A stretch of DNA of 64,000 nucleotides from Alphaproteobacteria bacterium (GTDB taxonomy: Bacteria > Pseudomonadota > Alphaproteobacteria > Bin95), in contig CAXXWS020000002.1 in the NCBI GenBank assembly GCA_963665325.3, forward strand, positions 497,644-561,643, written 5' to 3'. This document shows, piece after piece, positions 18,242-25,066 of the stretch (the first letter of the stretch is position 1; the number at the start of each line of letters is the position of its first letter). The notes under the pieces were generated by a model. That model was not told the DNA's origin and made no database searches. It saw nothing but the letters and a program-made list of their open reading frames with translations. A program made the position numbers and the translations under genes.

Positions 18242-18520
18242 TCAGCCCCGCCCGTAGTCGAGCGCGGTGCGCAGGCGCTTGCGCTGCACCGCGCGCCGCC
18301 CGCCCGCCATCGCGGCGCGGATCGCGCGGACCGCCGCCGGCGGCCGGTAGCCCCGCGCCTCCACCGCCCGGAATGCGAGCCACGCCAGGAATACCGCCGT
18401 CAGCGTCCACCAGCGGGGAAAGAACGCCGCCGGAATCGCGAAGGCCAGCAGGCGCGCGTCGAACGGCCCGAGCCGCACCGGGCGCATCGCGTCCCGCCAT
18501 GACCGGTCCTCCTCGTCCAT
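18242..18520 (-). CDS. icmT: IcmT/TraK-family small membrane protein
   Basis: 92 aa. SWRDAMRPVRLGPFDARLLAFAIPAAFFPRWWTLTAVFLAWLAFRAVEARGY matches the IcmT pattern (WRDS..RFF.D.R..FP...). Confidence 0.75.
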   Translation of the reverse strand: MDEEDRSWRDAMRPVRLGPFDARLLAFAIPAAFFPRWWTLTAVFLAWLAFRAVEARGYRPPAAVRAIRAAMAGGRRAVQRKRLRTALDYGRG

Positions 18521-18532
18521 GCCGCACCGCCC

Positions 18533-19030
18533 TCACGCCGTCCGCCGGGCCGAGCCGCCGGGTCCGGTATCGGCCGGTGCCTCCGGCGTTTCGGGCGCGC
18601 CGTCGGCTTCCGGCATGAACGCTTCGGCGACGACCGCCGCCCGTTCCTCGCCCAGCACCTCGCGCAGCAGCTCCATCGCCCGCTCGCGCCGGCCCTCGCG
18701 CGCCATCTTGCGCAGCGGCTCCTCCAGCAGGGCGCGGATGTCGTCCTGCACCTGCCGGGCCGCCTCGCCGTCTGCATCCAGACCCCGCGCCAGTTCCGTC
18801 ACCCCGTCCAGAAAGGCGCGCTGCCGCCCCTCGTCCAGAACCAGCGGCTGCGCCTTCTTCCCCTTCGGCGAAGGGTCCACGGTCAGCGCGCAATGCACCC
18901 ACCAGGCCGACACCGACATGCCGGCCCGCCTCGCGCCCTCCCGGACCGCTTCCCATTCCTCGTCGGTAGCGCAGACCGTGTGCGTCATGCCCTTCGCGCC
19001 GCGCCCGCCCGGCTTGCTCCGCTTCCTCAT
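18533..19030 (-). CDS. ribbon-helix-helix (MobC/NikA/CopG-like) DNA-binding protein
   Basis: Trimmed from track ORF 18533..19729 to the ATG at 19030 (ATGA overlap with the dotB stop). RHH core THTVCATDEEWEAVREGARRAGMSVSAWWVHCAL. Confidence 0.6.
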   Translation of the reverse strand: MRKRSKPGGRGAKGMTHTVCATDEEWEAVREGARRAGMSVSAWWVHCALTVDPSPKGKKAQPLVLDEGRQRAFLDGVTELARGLDADGEAARQVQDDIRALLEEPLRKMAREGRRERAMELLREVLGEERAAVVAEAFMPEADGAPETPEAPADTGPGGSARRTA

Positions 19031-20181
19031 CTTCGCTTCTTCCTGTCGCGCGGTCCGTCGCCAAGGTCGCCCGAGGCGGCGAGCGCGCGGGCCAGGTCGG
19101 CGCTGCCGATCCGCCCCTCGCCATGCGCGCGGGCCGCCGCAGCGCCGAGGCCGCCGCAGCGCGCCTTCACCTCCTCGCCGATCTCCCGGGGCCAGCGTTC
19201 CCGCGGCGTGGCGAACAGCCGGCGCTTCAGGTCCCCGTCGAACACGAGCCACTCCCGGAGCGCCGTCCGGCCGCCCTCGGGGTTCGGGACCAGCATCTGC
19301 GTCACCACCAGCGTCAGGCCGTCCAGCAGCGCTACCGCCCGCTCCGCCCGCTCGTCCGGAGGAAACGCCGTCAGCAGGCGCCGGATCGCGGCCGAGACCC
19401 CCACCACATGCGCCGTCGAATAGACCGCAATCCCGAAATCCGCCGCATTGACCACGGCCTCGATCGTCTCGAGATCGCGCGCCTCGCCCACCATTACCGC
19501 CGCCGGACGACGGCGGAGCGCCGCGCGCAGGCCGTCGGCAAAGCTCCCCACATGCGTCGGGACCTCGGTCTGCTCGATGAACGCCCGGCCCGCCCTCACG
19601 CCGTCGAGCTGGAACTCGATCGGGCTCTCGAAGGTCTGCACCTTGCCGAGGCCCCGCTCCAGCAGACGGCGCATCGCGGCCGCCAGAATGGTGGACTTGC
19701 CCGAGCCCGGCACGCCGGTGACCAGGCATATCCCCTCGCCCAGCTGGAGCGCATCCACGATCTGGGCCTCCACGCCGAGCGCGCCCAGCTCCGGAATGTC
19801 CTCCGGCAGAACCCGGAGCGCGACGCCCATGCCCCAGCGCCCGCGCGTCTGGAGCGGCAGCATGTTCACCCGGAACCGCCGGCGCTCCCGCCCCGGACCC
19901 CGGGCGGTGTGGCTGCAGTCGATCGCGCCGCCGCCGCGAAGCTCGGTCTCCGCCCGCTCGCGGCTCACATGCAAGGCGCCCGCAACCCGCGCCATGGCCG
20001 GGCCGTCGAGAGCCCCGCCGGTCGCATGCCTGAGGCGCCCGTCCACCTCCATGAACGCCGGCAGGCCCGTAGAGAACGCGATATCGGTCGCACCCTCGTC
20101 CGCCGCCCAGAGCAGGAACTCGTCGAGCCGCTCGGTCGGGAACGCATGCGCCGCCGGCTCCCAGAGCGCGGCGTCGGTCAC
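19027..20181 (-). CDS. dotB: DotB (TraJ-like) PilT/VirB11-class hexameric ATPase
   Basis: Trimmed to the GTG at 20179-20181 (GTGA overlap with the ssb-like stop). Walker A GVPGSGKST, Asp box VMVGEARD, His box YSTAHV. Confidence 0.85.
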   Translation of the reverse strand: MTDAALWEPAAHAFPTERLDEFLLWAADEGATDIAFSTGLPAFMEVDGRLRHATGGALDGPAMARVAGALHVSRERAETELRGGGAIDCSHTARGPGRERRRFRVNMLPLQTRGRWGMGVALRVLPEDIPELGALGVEAQIVDALQLGEGICLVTGVPGSGKSTILAAAMRRLLERGLGKVQTFESPIEFQLDGVRAGRAFIEQTEVPTHVGSFADGLRAALRRRPAAVMVGEARDLETIEAVVNAADFGIAVYSTAHVVGVSAAIRRLLTAFPPDERAERAVALLDGLTLVVTQMLVPNPEGGRTALREWLVFDGDLKRRLFATPRERWPREIGEEVKARCGGLGAAAARAHGEGRIGSADLARALAASGDLGDGPRDRKKRR

Positions 20182-20621
20182 GAGCCCTCTCCCTTCGCCG
20201 GAACCCGCCGCCAATGGGCGCGCACCAGCACCCGGCGCTCGGCGCCCATCCACTCGGGCTCGGCCTCGGCGCCGGCCTCGCGCGGGGGCCCGTCCAGCCG
20301 GTTCAGCCAGCCGCGCGCGCCCGCCAGCACCACCAGCGCAACCCGCCCGGACCGCTCCTCGCCGCTCAGCTCCCGGTATTCGAGGCGGCCCATCACCTGC
20401 AGCGCAGCACCCTTGACCACCAGCCGCCGCGCCACGTCCGCCAGCGCGCCCACCGCGCGCACATGATGCCACTCGACGCTCTCCTCATACTCGCCGCCGC
20501 GCCGGTAGCGCCGGAGGTTCGTCGCCAGCGAGAAATCCGCGATCTCGGTCTCGCCAGCCTTGCGTATCTCGGCATCCTTGCCGGCATGCCCAACCAGGTG
20601 GACGTCCGAAAGGTTCAGCAT
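20178..20621 (-). CDS. ssb: single-stranded-DNA-binding (OB-fold) protein lacking the usual acidic C-terminal tip
   Basis: MLNLSDVHLVGHAGKDAEIRKAGETEIADFSLATN...WHHVRAVGALADVARRLVVKGAALQVMGRLEYRE is SSB-like. GGAGG SD upstream. The C-terminus reads ..WRRVPAKGEGS. Confidence 0.75.
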   Translation of the reverse strand: MLNLSDVHLVGHAGKDAEIRKAGETEIADFSLATNLRRYRRGGEYEESVEWHHVRAVGALADVARRLVVKGAALQVMGRLEYRELSGEERSGRVALVVLAGARGWLNRLDGPPREAGAEAEPEWMGAERRVLVRAHWRRVPAKGEGS

Positions 20622-20643
20622 GGCAACCGCCTCCTTCCGCTCC

Positions 20644-20772
20644 GCGGAAAATCAAAACCTAAAGTTTCGGACTTGATATTTCCTTGTTGTTTCATTGGCT
20701 TGCCGGCCTCCCTCCACACCGCGAGCGCCGGCGGAAAATCAAAAGTCCGATTTTCGGACAGTTGATATTTCG
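20644..20772. promoter_or_regulatory. two ~40-bp AT-rich direct repeats, each an imperfect palindrome; candidate operator/promoter upstream of ssb-dotB
   Basis: 20644-20683 GCGGAAAATCAAAACCTAAAGTTTCGGACTTGATATTTCC and 20731-20772 GCGGAAAATCAAAAGTCCGATTTTCGGACAGTTGATATTTCG. Each has arms GAAAATCAA / TTGATATTTC. They lie in the only sizeable intergenic gap (160 bp) of the tra operon. Confidence 0.5.
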
Positions 20773-20781
20773 CCCTGCCTC

Positions 20782-21636
20782 TCATGGCCTTGCCCGCCCG
20801 CTGCCCTCGTCCACCGTCGGCAGCGGCTTCCACTCGCGCGGCAGGAGGTTGAAGGCGGACCGCGCGCCGAGGCGCACCACCGTCTCCGATATGCGCAGCA
20901 GCCGCTCATGGCCCGACACGGCCGTCACCTCGGTCTCTGTCCCGGGCGCGCTCACCATCGCCGCCCGGCGAAGCCGGTGCCAGCGCACCACGCCCTCGAA
21001 TGCCGCAACCAGCCGCTCCAGGTCCGAGGCATGGATATCGTCGGCCAGCCGGACCCCGTGCTTCCAGCCTTCCTCCAGCCAGCCGTTCCAGCGCCGGCGT
21101 TCCTCCGCGTTGCGCGGGAACAGCACCGACGCCGGAGGCCGGGCCGCCTCCCACCCCCGCTCCAGCCAGTCGCGCCAGACCGGCGGCGCGCCCACGATCC
21201 GCTCCCCGGCCGCGATGCGGAGCACGCGTCTCGCGCTCGCCGCCCTGCCGGGCTCGATCCGGATCGCGTCCCGCGTCTCCGCCAGAACGGGCGGCATCAC
21301 CTGGAACCCGCCCCGGTCCAGCAGCAGCGCCCGGAAGTCGAATACCTGAGAGAGCGCCTTCGACCGCTTCTCCAGCAGCCGCGCAATCTCCCGGCCGCGA
21401 TGCGCCAGGCCCGCCTGCGAGGCCCATGACAAGGCCGCCAGACGCTGCGCCTCGCCCCGGCGCTTCGCCGCCCGCTCCTTCTCGCCGCCGTCGCTTTCGG
21501 GCGCCTCCATCTCCTTCAACGCCTGCAGGCTGGTTACAGGGCTGTTACCTGCCACCACATCCGGCGCTGCCCGGACCGGCATGACACCCGCCAGCAGCAG
21601 CGCGGCCGCGAACAAGACCGGCACCACCCGCTTCAT
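20782..21636 (-). CDS. dotC: DotC (TraI-like) T4BSS outer-membrane-complex protein
   Basis: Trimmed from track ORF 20782..21969 to the ATG at 21636 (ATGA overlap). Signal peptide MKRVVPVLFAAALLLAGVMPVRA. Position next to dotD and upstream of dotB as in IncI traH-traI-traJ. Confidence 0.65.
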   Translation of the reverse strand: MKRVVPVLFAAALLLAGVMPVRAAPDVVAGNSPVTSLQALKEMEAPESDGGEKERAAKRRGEAQRLAALSWASQAGLAHRGREIARLLEKRSKALSQVFDFRALLLDRGGFQVMPPVLAETRDAIRIEPGRAASARRVLRIAAGERIVGAPPVWRDWLERGWEAARPPASVLFPRNAEERRRWNGWLEEGWKHGVRLADDIHASDLERLVAAFEGVVRWHRLRRAAMVSAPGTETEVTAVSGHERLLRISETVVRLGARSAFNLLPREWKPLPTVDEGSGRARP

Positions 21637-22262
21637 CCGGACGTTCCTCCGGCCTCGTTCGCCGCCGGCGCTGCCTGCCTTCTGCGCAAGACGCCCACCG
21701 CCACGCCGTCCGCATATCCCGCGCCCGCTATCGCCACGGACAGGATGTCCGGCGCAATGGCCAGCAGCGCCGGCGAGCCGAACAACACCGCCGCGAAGCC
21801 GATGGTGGCGATCGCCACGCGGCTCTCCCTGAAGGCTGTCCGGGCCAGCAACCCGTTCTCGACGCCCCAACGCCGTGCCGCCCAGAACGAAAACCCGAAC
21901 AGCGCGCACCAGCAACCGCCGGCAACTGCGATATGCTTCCAGCCTGCCGTTTGCGGTCCCAATGCACACACCGTCAGCGACCAGGCGAGAGCCAGCGTCA
22001 ATATGAGAGAGATCCCCGCATCATGGAAAGAATCGCCGACCTCCTCTGGAGCCTTACATGCTTCGCCGGATACTTCTTTTCCGTTCTCTTCGTGGTCCTC
22101 CTGACTTACCGCCTCCGCGCCATCCTGTGGGGGCAACACACTTCCCGATCGTCCTGGATCACCTTTCTGTTCTTCGCGATTCTGGCCGGCGCGCTGGTCC
22201 TGCCCTGCTACGTCGATCTCAGCTTTCGACCCTCGCCCGCTCGCTGGTGAACGCCTCCTCAT
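21633..22262 (-). CDS. membrane protein, function unknown; true start probably internal (TTG 22001 or GTG 21971)
   Basis: The 3' two-thirds has high GC3 and about 3 TM helices (..CWCALFGFSFWAARRW.., ..IATIGFAAVLFGSPALLAI..). In the 5' ~240 nt, minus-frame GC3 is only ~55%, although an ATGA overlap exists at 22259-22262. Confidence 0.55.
   Translation of the reverse strand: MRRRSPASGRGSKAEIDVAGQDQRAGQNREEQKGDPGRSGSVLPPQDGAEAVSQEDHEENGKEVSGEACKAPEEVGDSFHDAGISLILTLALAWSLTVCALGPQTAGWKHIAVAGGCWCALFGFSFWAARRWGVENGLLARTAFRESRVAIATIGFAAVLFGSPALLAIAPDILSVAIAGAGYADGVAVGVLRRRQAAPAANEAGGTSG
22023..22250 (+). CDS. candidate opposite-strand small (75 aa) two-TM protein nested in the operon
   Basis: MERIADLLWSLTCFAGYFFSVLFVVLLTYRLRAILWGQHTSRSSWITFLFFAILAGALVLPCYVDL... 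Hand-counted codon-position GC in this frame is GC1 55 / GC2 48 / GC3 77%, which is coding-like. The overlapping minus frame gives 77/48/55. Confidence 0.35.
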   Translation: MERIADLLWSLTCFAGYFFSVLFVVLLTYRLRAILWGQHTSRSSWITFLFFAILAGALVLPCYVDLSFRPSPARW

Positions 22263-22885
22263 CGCCCACTCCCTTCCGCGTTACCGCGGTGCGTCACCGA
22301 GAGCGTCCTGCCGCCGGGCGCGATCGCGGCCTCCGGCGCGCGGTCCAGCCCGGATAGGGAATCCGCGAGCGCGCCGACGGCCTCCGCGAACGTCCCCCGG
22401 AAGCGGCGCGTCTCGTGAACCCGGTATGTCCGGTCCGTCAGCCAGACGAGCTCGACACCCACCATGGCGCTCCAGCGCGCCAGCGCCTCCTGCAGCGTCT
22501 CACCCTGCGCGACGCTCCAGTCGGCGACGCCCCGGCCCACCGTCGCGAGCTCGACCTCGCCGGGGGGCAGGCCCGCGGGGCGCACATGCACCTCGTCATC
22601 GTGGCGCTGCCAGGCGAGGCCGAAATCGAAGAGCAGCATCTTCCAGTCCGCATGGACCGCCCGCGCCCGCCGGCTCGTGTCCACACGCCGGTCCCAGCGC
22701 AGCGTCATCCCCTTCGGGGCGAGCCTGGCCGCGACCTCCGCGATCCCGAGCCGGTCCGCCGGCCCGTGGATGAACAGCGACCGGTCCGACTGCACGGGCG
22801 CATAGGCGAACCCCGCATCCGCCGGCAGAGGCATGGCCGCCGGGAGCGCCGCCAGCACCGCAAGCACTGCCGGGACCGCTTTCAC
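22259..22885 (-). CDS. secreted protein with a TcpQ/PilL-like C-terminal domain
   Basis: Signal peptide MKAVPAVLAVLAALPAAMPLPADA. The C-terminal block VADWSVAQGETLQEALARWSAMVGVELVWLTDRTYRV..FRGTFAEAVGAL resembles the TcpQ/PilL module. GTGA overlap with the dotD stop. Confidence 0.55.
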   Translation of the reverse strand: MKAVPAVLAVLAALPAAMPLPADAGFAYAPVQSDRSLFIHGPADRLGIAEVAARLAPKGMTLRWDRRVDTSRRARAVHADWKMLLFDFGLAWQRHDDEVHVRPAGLPPGEVELATVGRGVADWSVAQGETLQEALARWSAMVGVELVWLTDRTYRVHETRRFRGTFAEAVGALADSLSGLDRAPEAAIAPGGRTLSVTHRGNAEGSGR

Positions 22886-23421
22886 GAACCGTCCTCCGCC
22901 GGAGGTGCGGCGCTCTCCGCCTTCGGTCCGATCCAGTCGAGCCGCACCTGCATCCGCCCGGCATCGACGGTCAGCACCGCCTGCTCCCTCGCCTGCAGGC
23001 CCACGTCGCGCAGCACGAAGATCGCGGGCTCGTCCTTTACCTCGATCTCCACCATCACCGGCGCCGGCGGCCGCGTGCCCGCGACCACGAAATCGTAGCC
23101 GATCTCGTCGGCCAGGCGCTCCGCCAGCCGCTCCAGCGGACCCAGCCAGTCGAGCGTCACCCGCGTCTGCAGCTCCGGCGTCACCAGGCGCGGCATATCC
23201 ACGGCGGGCGCCGCGCCGGCCGCGCGGTCCTCCGCGAGCCGCGTCAGCGCCTCCTGCGCGAGGATCATGGCCTCGGCCATGCGAACCTCCGCCGGGTCGC
23301 TCACCGCTGCCGCCTCATCCTTGCCGGGGCGATCCTTGGTCCAGTCCAGGTCGAGCGACTGGCAGCCCGCAAGCGCGAGCGCGCCGAGCGCCATGCCGCC
23401 GAGCGCGGCTGCCGCGCTCAT
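22882..23421 (-). CDS. dotD: DotD (TraH-like) lipoprotein
   Basis: Lipobox LALAGC. DotD-like block VTLDWLGPLERLAERLADEIGYDFVVAGTRPPAPVMVEIEVKDEPAIFVLRDVGLQA. Confidence 0.75.
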   Translation of the reverse strand: MSAAAALGGMALGALALAGCQSLDLDWTKDRPGKDEAAAVSDPAEVRMAEAMILAQEALTRLAEDRAAGAAPAVDMPRLVTPELQTRVTLDWLGPLERLAERLADEIGYDFVVAGTRPPAPVMVEIEVKDEPAIFVLRDVGLQAREQAVLTVDAGRMQVRLDWIGPKAESAAPPAEDGS

Positions 23422-24491
23422 TGCGCTGCACTCCCGATATCGCGCACCACCAGCCAGCGGTTCGGATAGGCGGTCACGCTCAGCAGCCGGCGCATCGGCG
23501 CGATCGCCAGCAGCGCATCGGCCGCCTTCAGGAACCCCTCTTCCTCCGTCTCGCCCGCAGGGAACGCCGCCGCCGCTCCGACCTCGAACTTCCGCTTCGT
23601 CTCCCAGGCCAGGCTCCAGCCGGCGCGCTCCGCCCAGGCGCGCAGCACACCCTCCACGGTCCCGTGCCGCGCCGGGTCTACGCCCCAGCCGGCCGGTTCT
23701 GCCGGCGCCGCGGCCGCTGGCGACGCCTCGCCCTGTCCTTCCAGCGCCGCGCGAGCTTCACCGTCCACAGGCGCTGCGGGTCCTGCTTCCACTCCCCCCG
23801 GAACGCCAGACGCCAGACGCCCCGCCGGATCCATTTCCGCACGGGCCCGTTCCTCCCCGTCTTCCAGTTCACCCGCCCCGTCGACCCGGGCCGCGTCCGC
23901 CTCGGTCTCGGCAAGCGCGGCGAGCAGATCGACCGCGACGCCGGACGGGAGCCTCAGCGCCTCGCGCTGCTCGCTGTCGGCATGGCGGAAGAACACCAGC
24001 CGCCCGTCCGACCAGGTCCAGTCATAGCCCGACAGACGCGCCAGCTCGTCCAGCACCGCCGGCACGGTCCCGGTCATGACCAGGCCGAACGGCACCGGCG
24101 CACCGTGGATGACCTGCTCGCCGGCGACGCGGCCCGGCCGCTCCTCGAGCGCCGCCTCGACGCTCATCAGTTCGGCAATCCGTCCGACCAGCTCCCGGAA
24201 CGCCAGCGGCTCCAGCTGCCTGACCGCGATCTCCCTGGCCGCAAGCTCTGGAGGCAGGGCGCGCGACGGCGCATCCACGCTCACCGTCGCCGGCAGGGGA
24301 CGTGCAGCCCGAGCCGGGCCCGCTGCCCGCTCGTCCGCCGCATCCGCTGACGCGAGCGCCAGGACTGCGGCGGCCAGGACGAACGCCATGAGCAGCAGAA
24401 GCTCCGCACCCGTGCGGTCCGCCCGCCGCCGGCGCGCGTGGCGGCCTCCCGAAGGCATCCAGGCCCGCATGTCCGCCACACGCCGCGTCAT
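23418..24491 (-). CDS. membrane-anchored protein with two TcpQ/PilL-like modules
   Basis: Trimmed from track ORF 23418..24809 to the ATG at 24491 (ATGA overlap). One TM helix. Modules are GTVPAVLDELARLSGYDWTWSDGRLVFF and GTVEGVLRAWAERAGWSLAWETKRKFEV. Confidence 0.55.
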   Translation of the reverse strand: MTRRVADMRAWMPSGGRHARRRRADRTGAELLLLMAFVLAAAVLALASADAADERAAGPARAARPLPATVSVDAPSRALPPELAAREIAVRQLEPLAFRELVGRIAELMSVEAALEERPGRVAGEQVIHGAPVPFGLVMTGTVPAVLDELARLSGYDWTWSDGRLVFFRHADSEQREALRLPSGVAVDLLAALAETEADAARVDGAGELEDGEERARAEMDPAGRLASGVPGGVEAGPAAPVDGEARAALEGQGEASPAAAAPAEPAGWGVDPARHGTVEGVLRAWAERAGWSLAWETKRKFEVGAAAAFPAGETEEEGFLKAADALLAIAPMRRLLSVTAYPNRWLVVRDIGSAAQ

Positions 24492-25066
24492 CGGCCCGCT
24501 CCCGCGCAGCGCCGCAGGGCCGTCCGCGCCTCGCGGTTCTCGCCCTCGCCGATCCGGTTCCAGACCGAGTTGTGGCCGTTCGAGACCAGCGCGCCCGTCA
24601 CCACCGCCGCATCGACGAAGCGCAGCACATCCGCCTTGTCGGCGATGACCGGGCTGTGAAAGCCCGCCGCCGGACCGCCGCCGCGCACGACCGGACCGAA
24701 CCGCTCCACCGGCCCGTCCGGATGGCCCGCGGCCGCCTGCACCGGCTTGCCGGCAGGAACCGTCCCGAAGGACAGATAGGCCTCCGCCTGCCCCGACGCC
24801 CGCTCGCACTGCACCGCGAAGCCGATACGCGGCCCGTTGTCGTCCCCGGTGAGCGGCTCCGCCACGGCGATCGTCAGGTAATCCCCGTCATCGACCCGGA
24901 TCGCGAACGACCGCGCCTCGGGCGTCTCGACACGCTGCGCATGCGCGGCCGCGGGCAACCCGCATGACAACGCCAGAAACAGCGCGACCGGTGCCGCAAC
25001 AGGCGGGCCACTTCTATTCTCTCGTCGCACCGAAAGCCCCCACGATCCCGTTTCGCTGGAAAACAC
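24488..25066 (-). CDS. putative lipoprotein, function unknown
   Basis: Lipobox FLALSCG. 2 further Cys. The start is uncertain: the GTG at 25066 overlaps the upstream gene by 53 nt. Confidence 0.55.
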   Translation of the reverse strand: MFSSETGSWGLSVRRENRSGPPVAAPVALFLALSCGLPAAAHAQRVETPEARSFAIRVDDGDYLTIAVAEPLTGDDNGPRIGFAVQCERASGQAEAYLSFGTVPAGKPVQAAAGHPDGPVERFGPVVRGGGPAAGFHSPVIADKADVLRFVDAAVVTGALVSNGHNSVWNRIGEGENREARTALRRCAGAGR

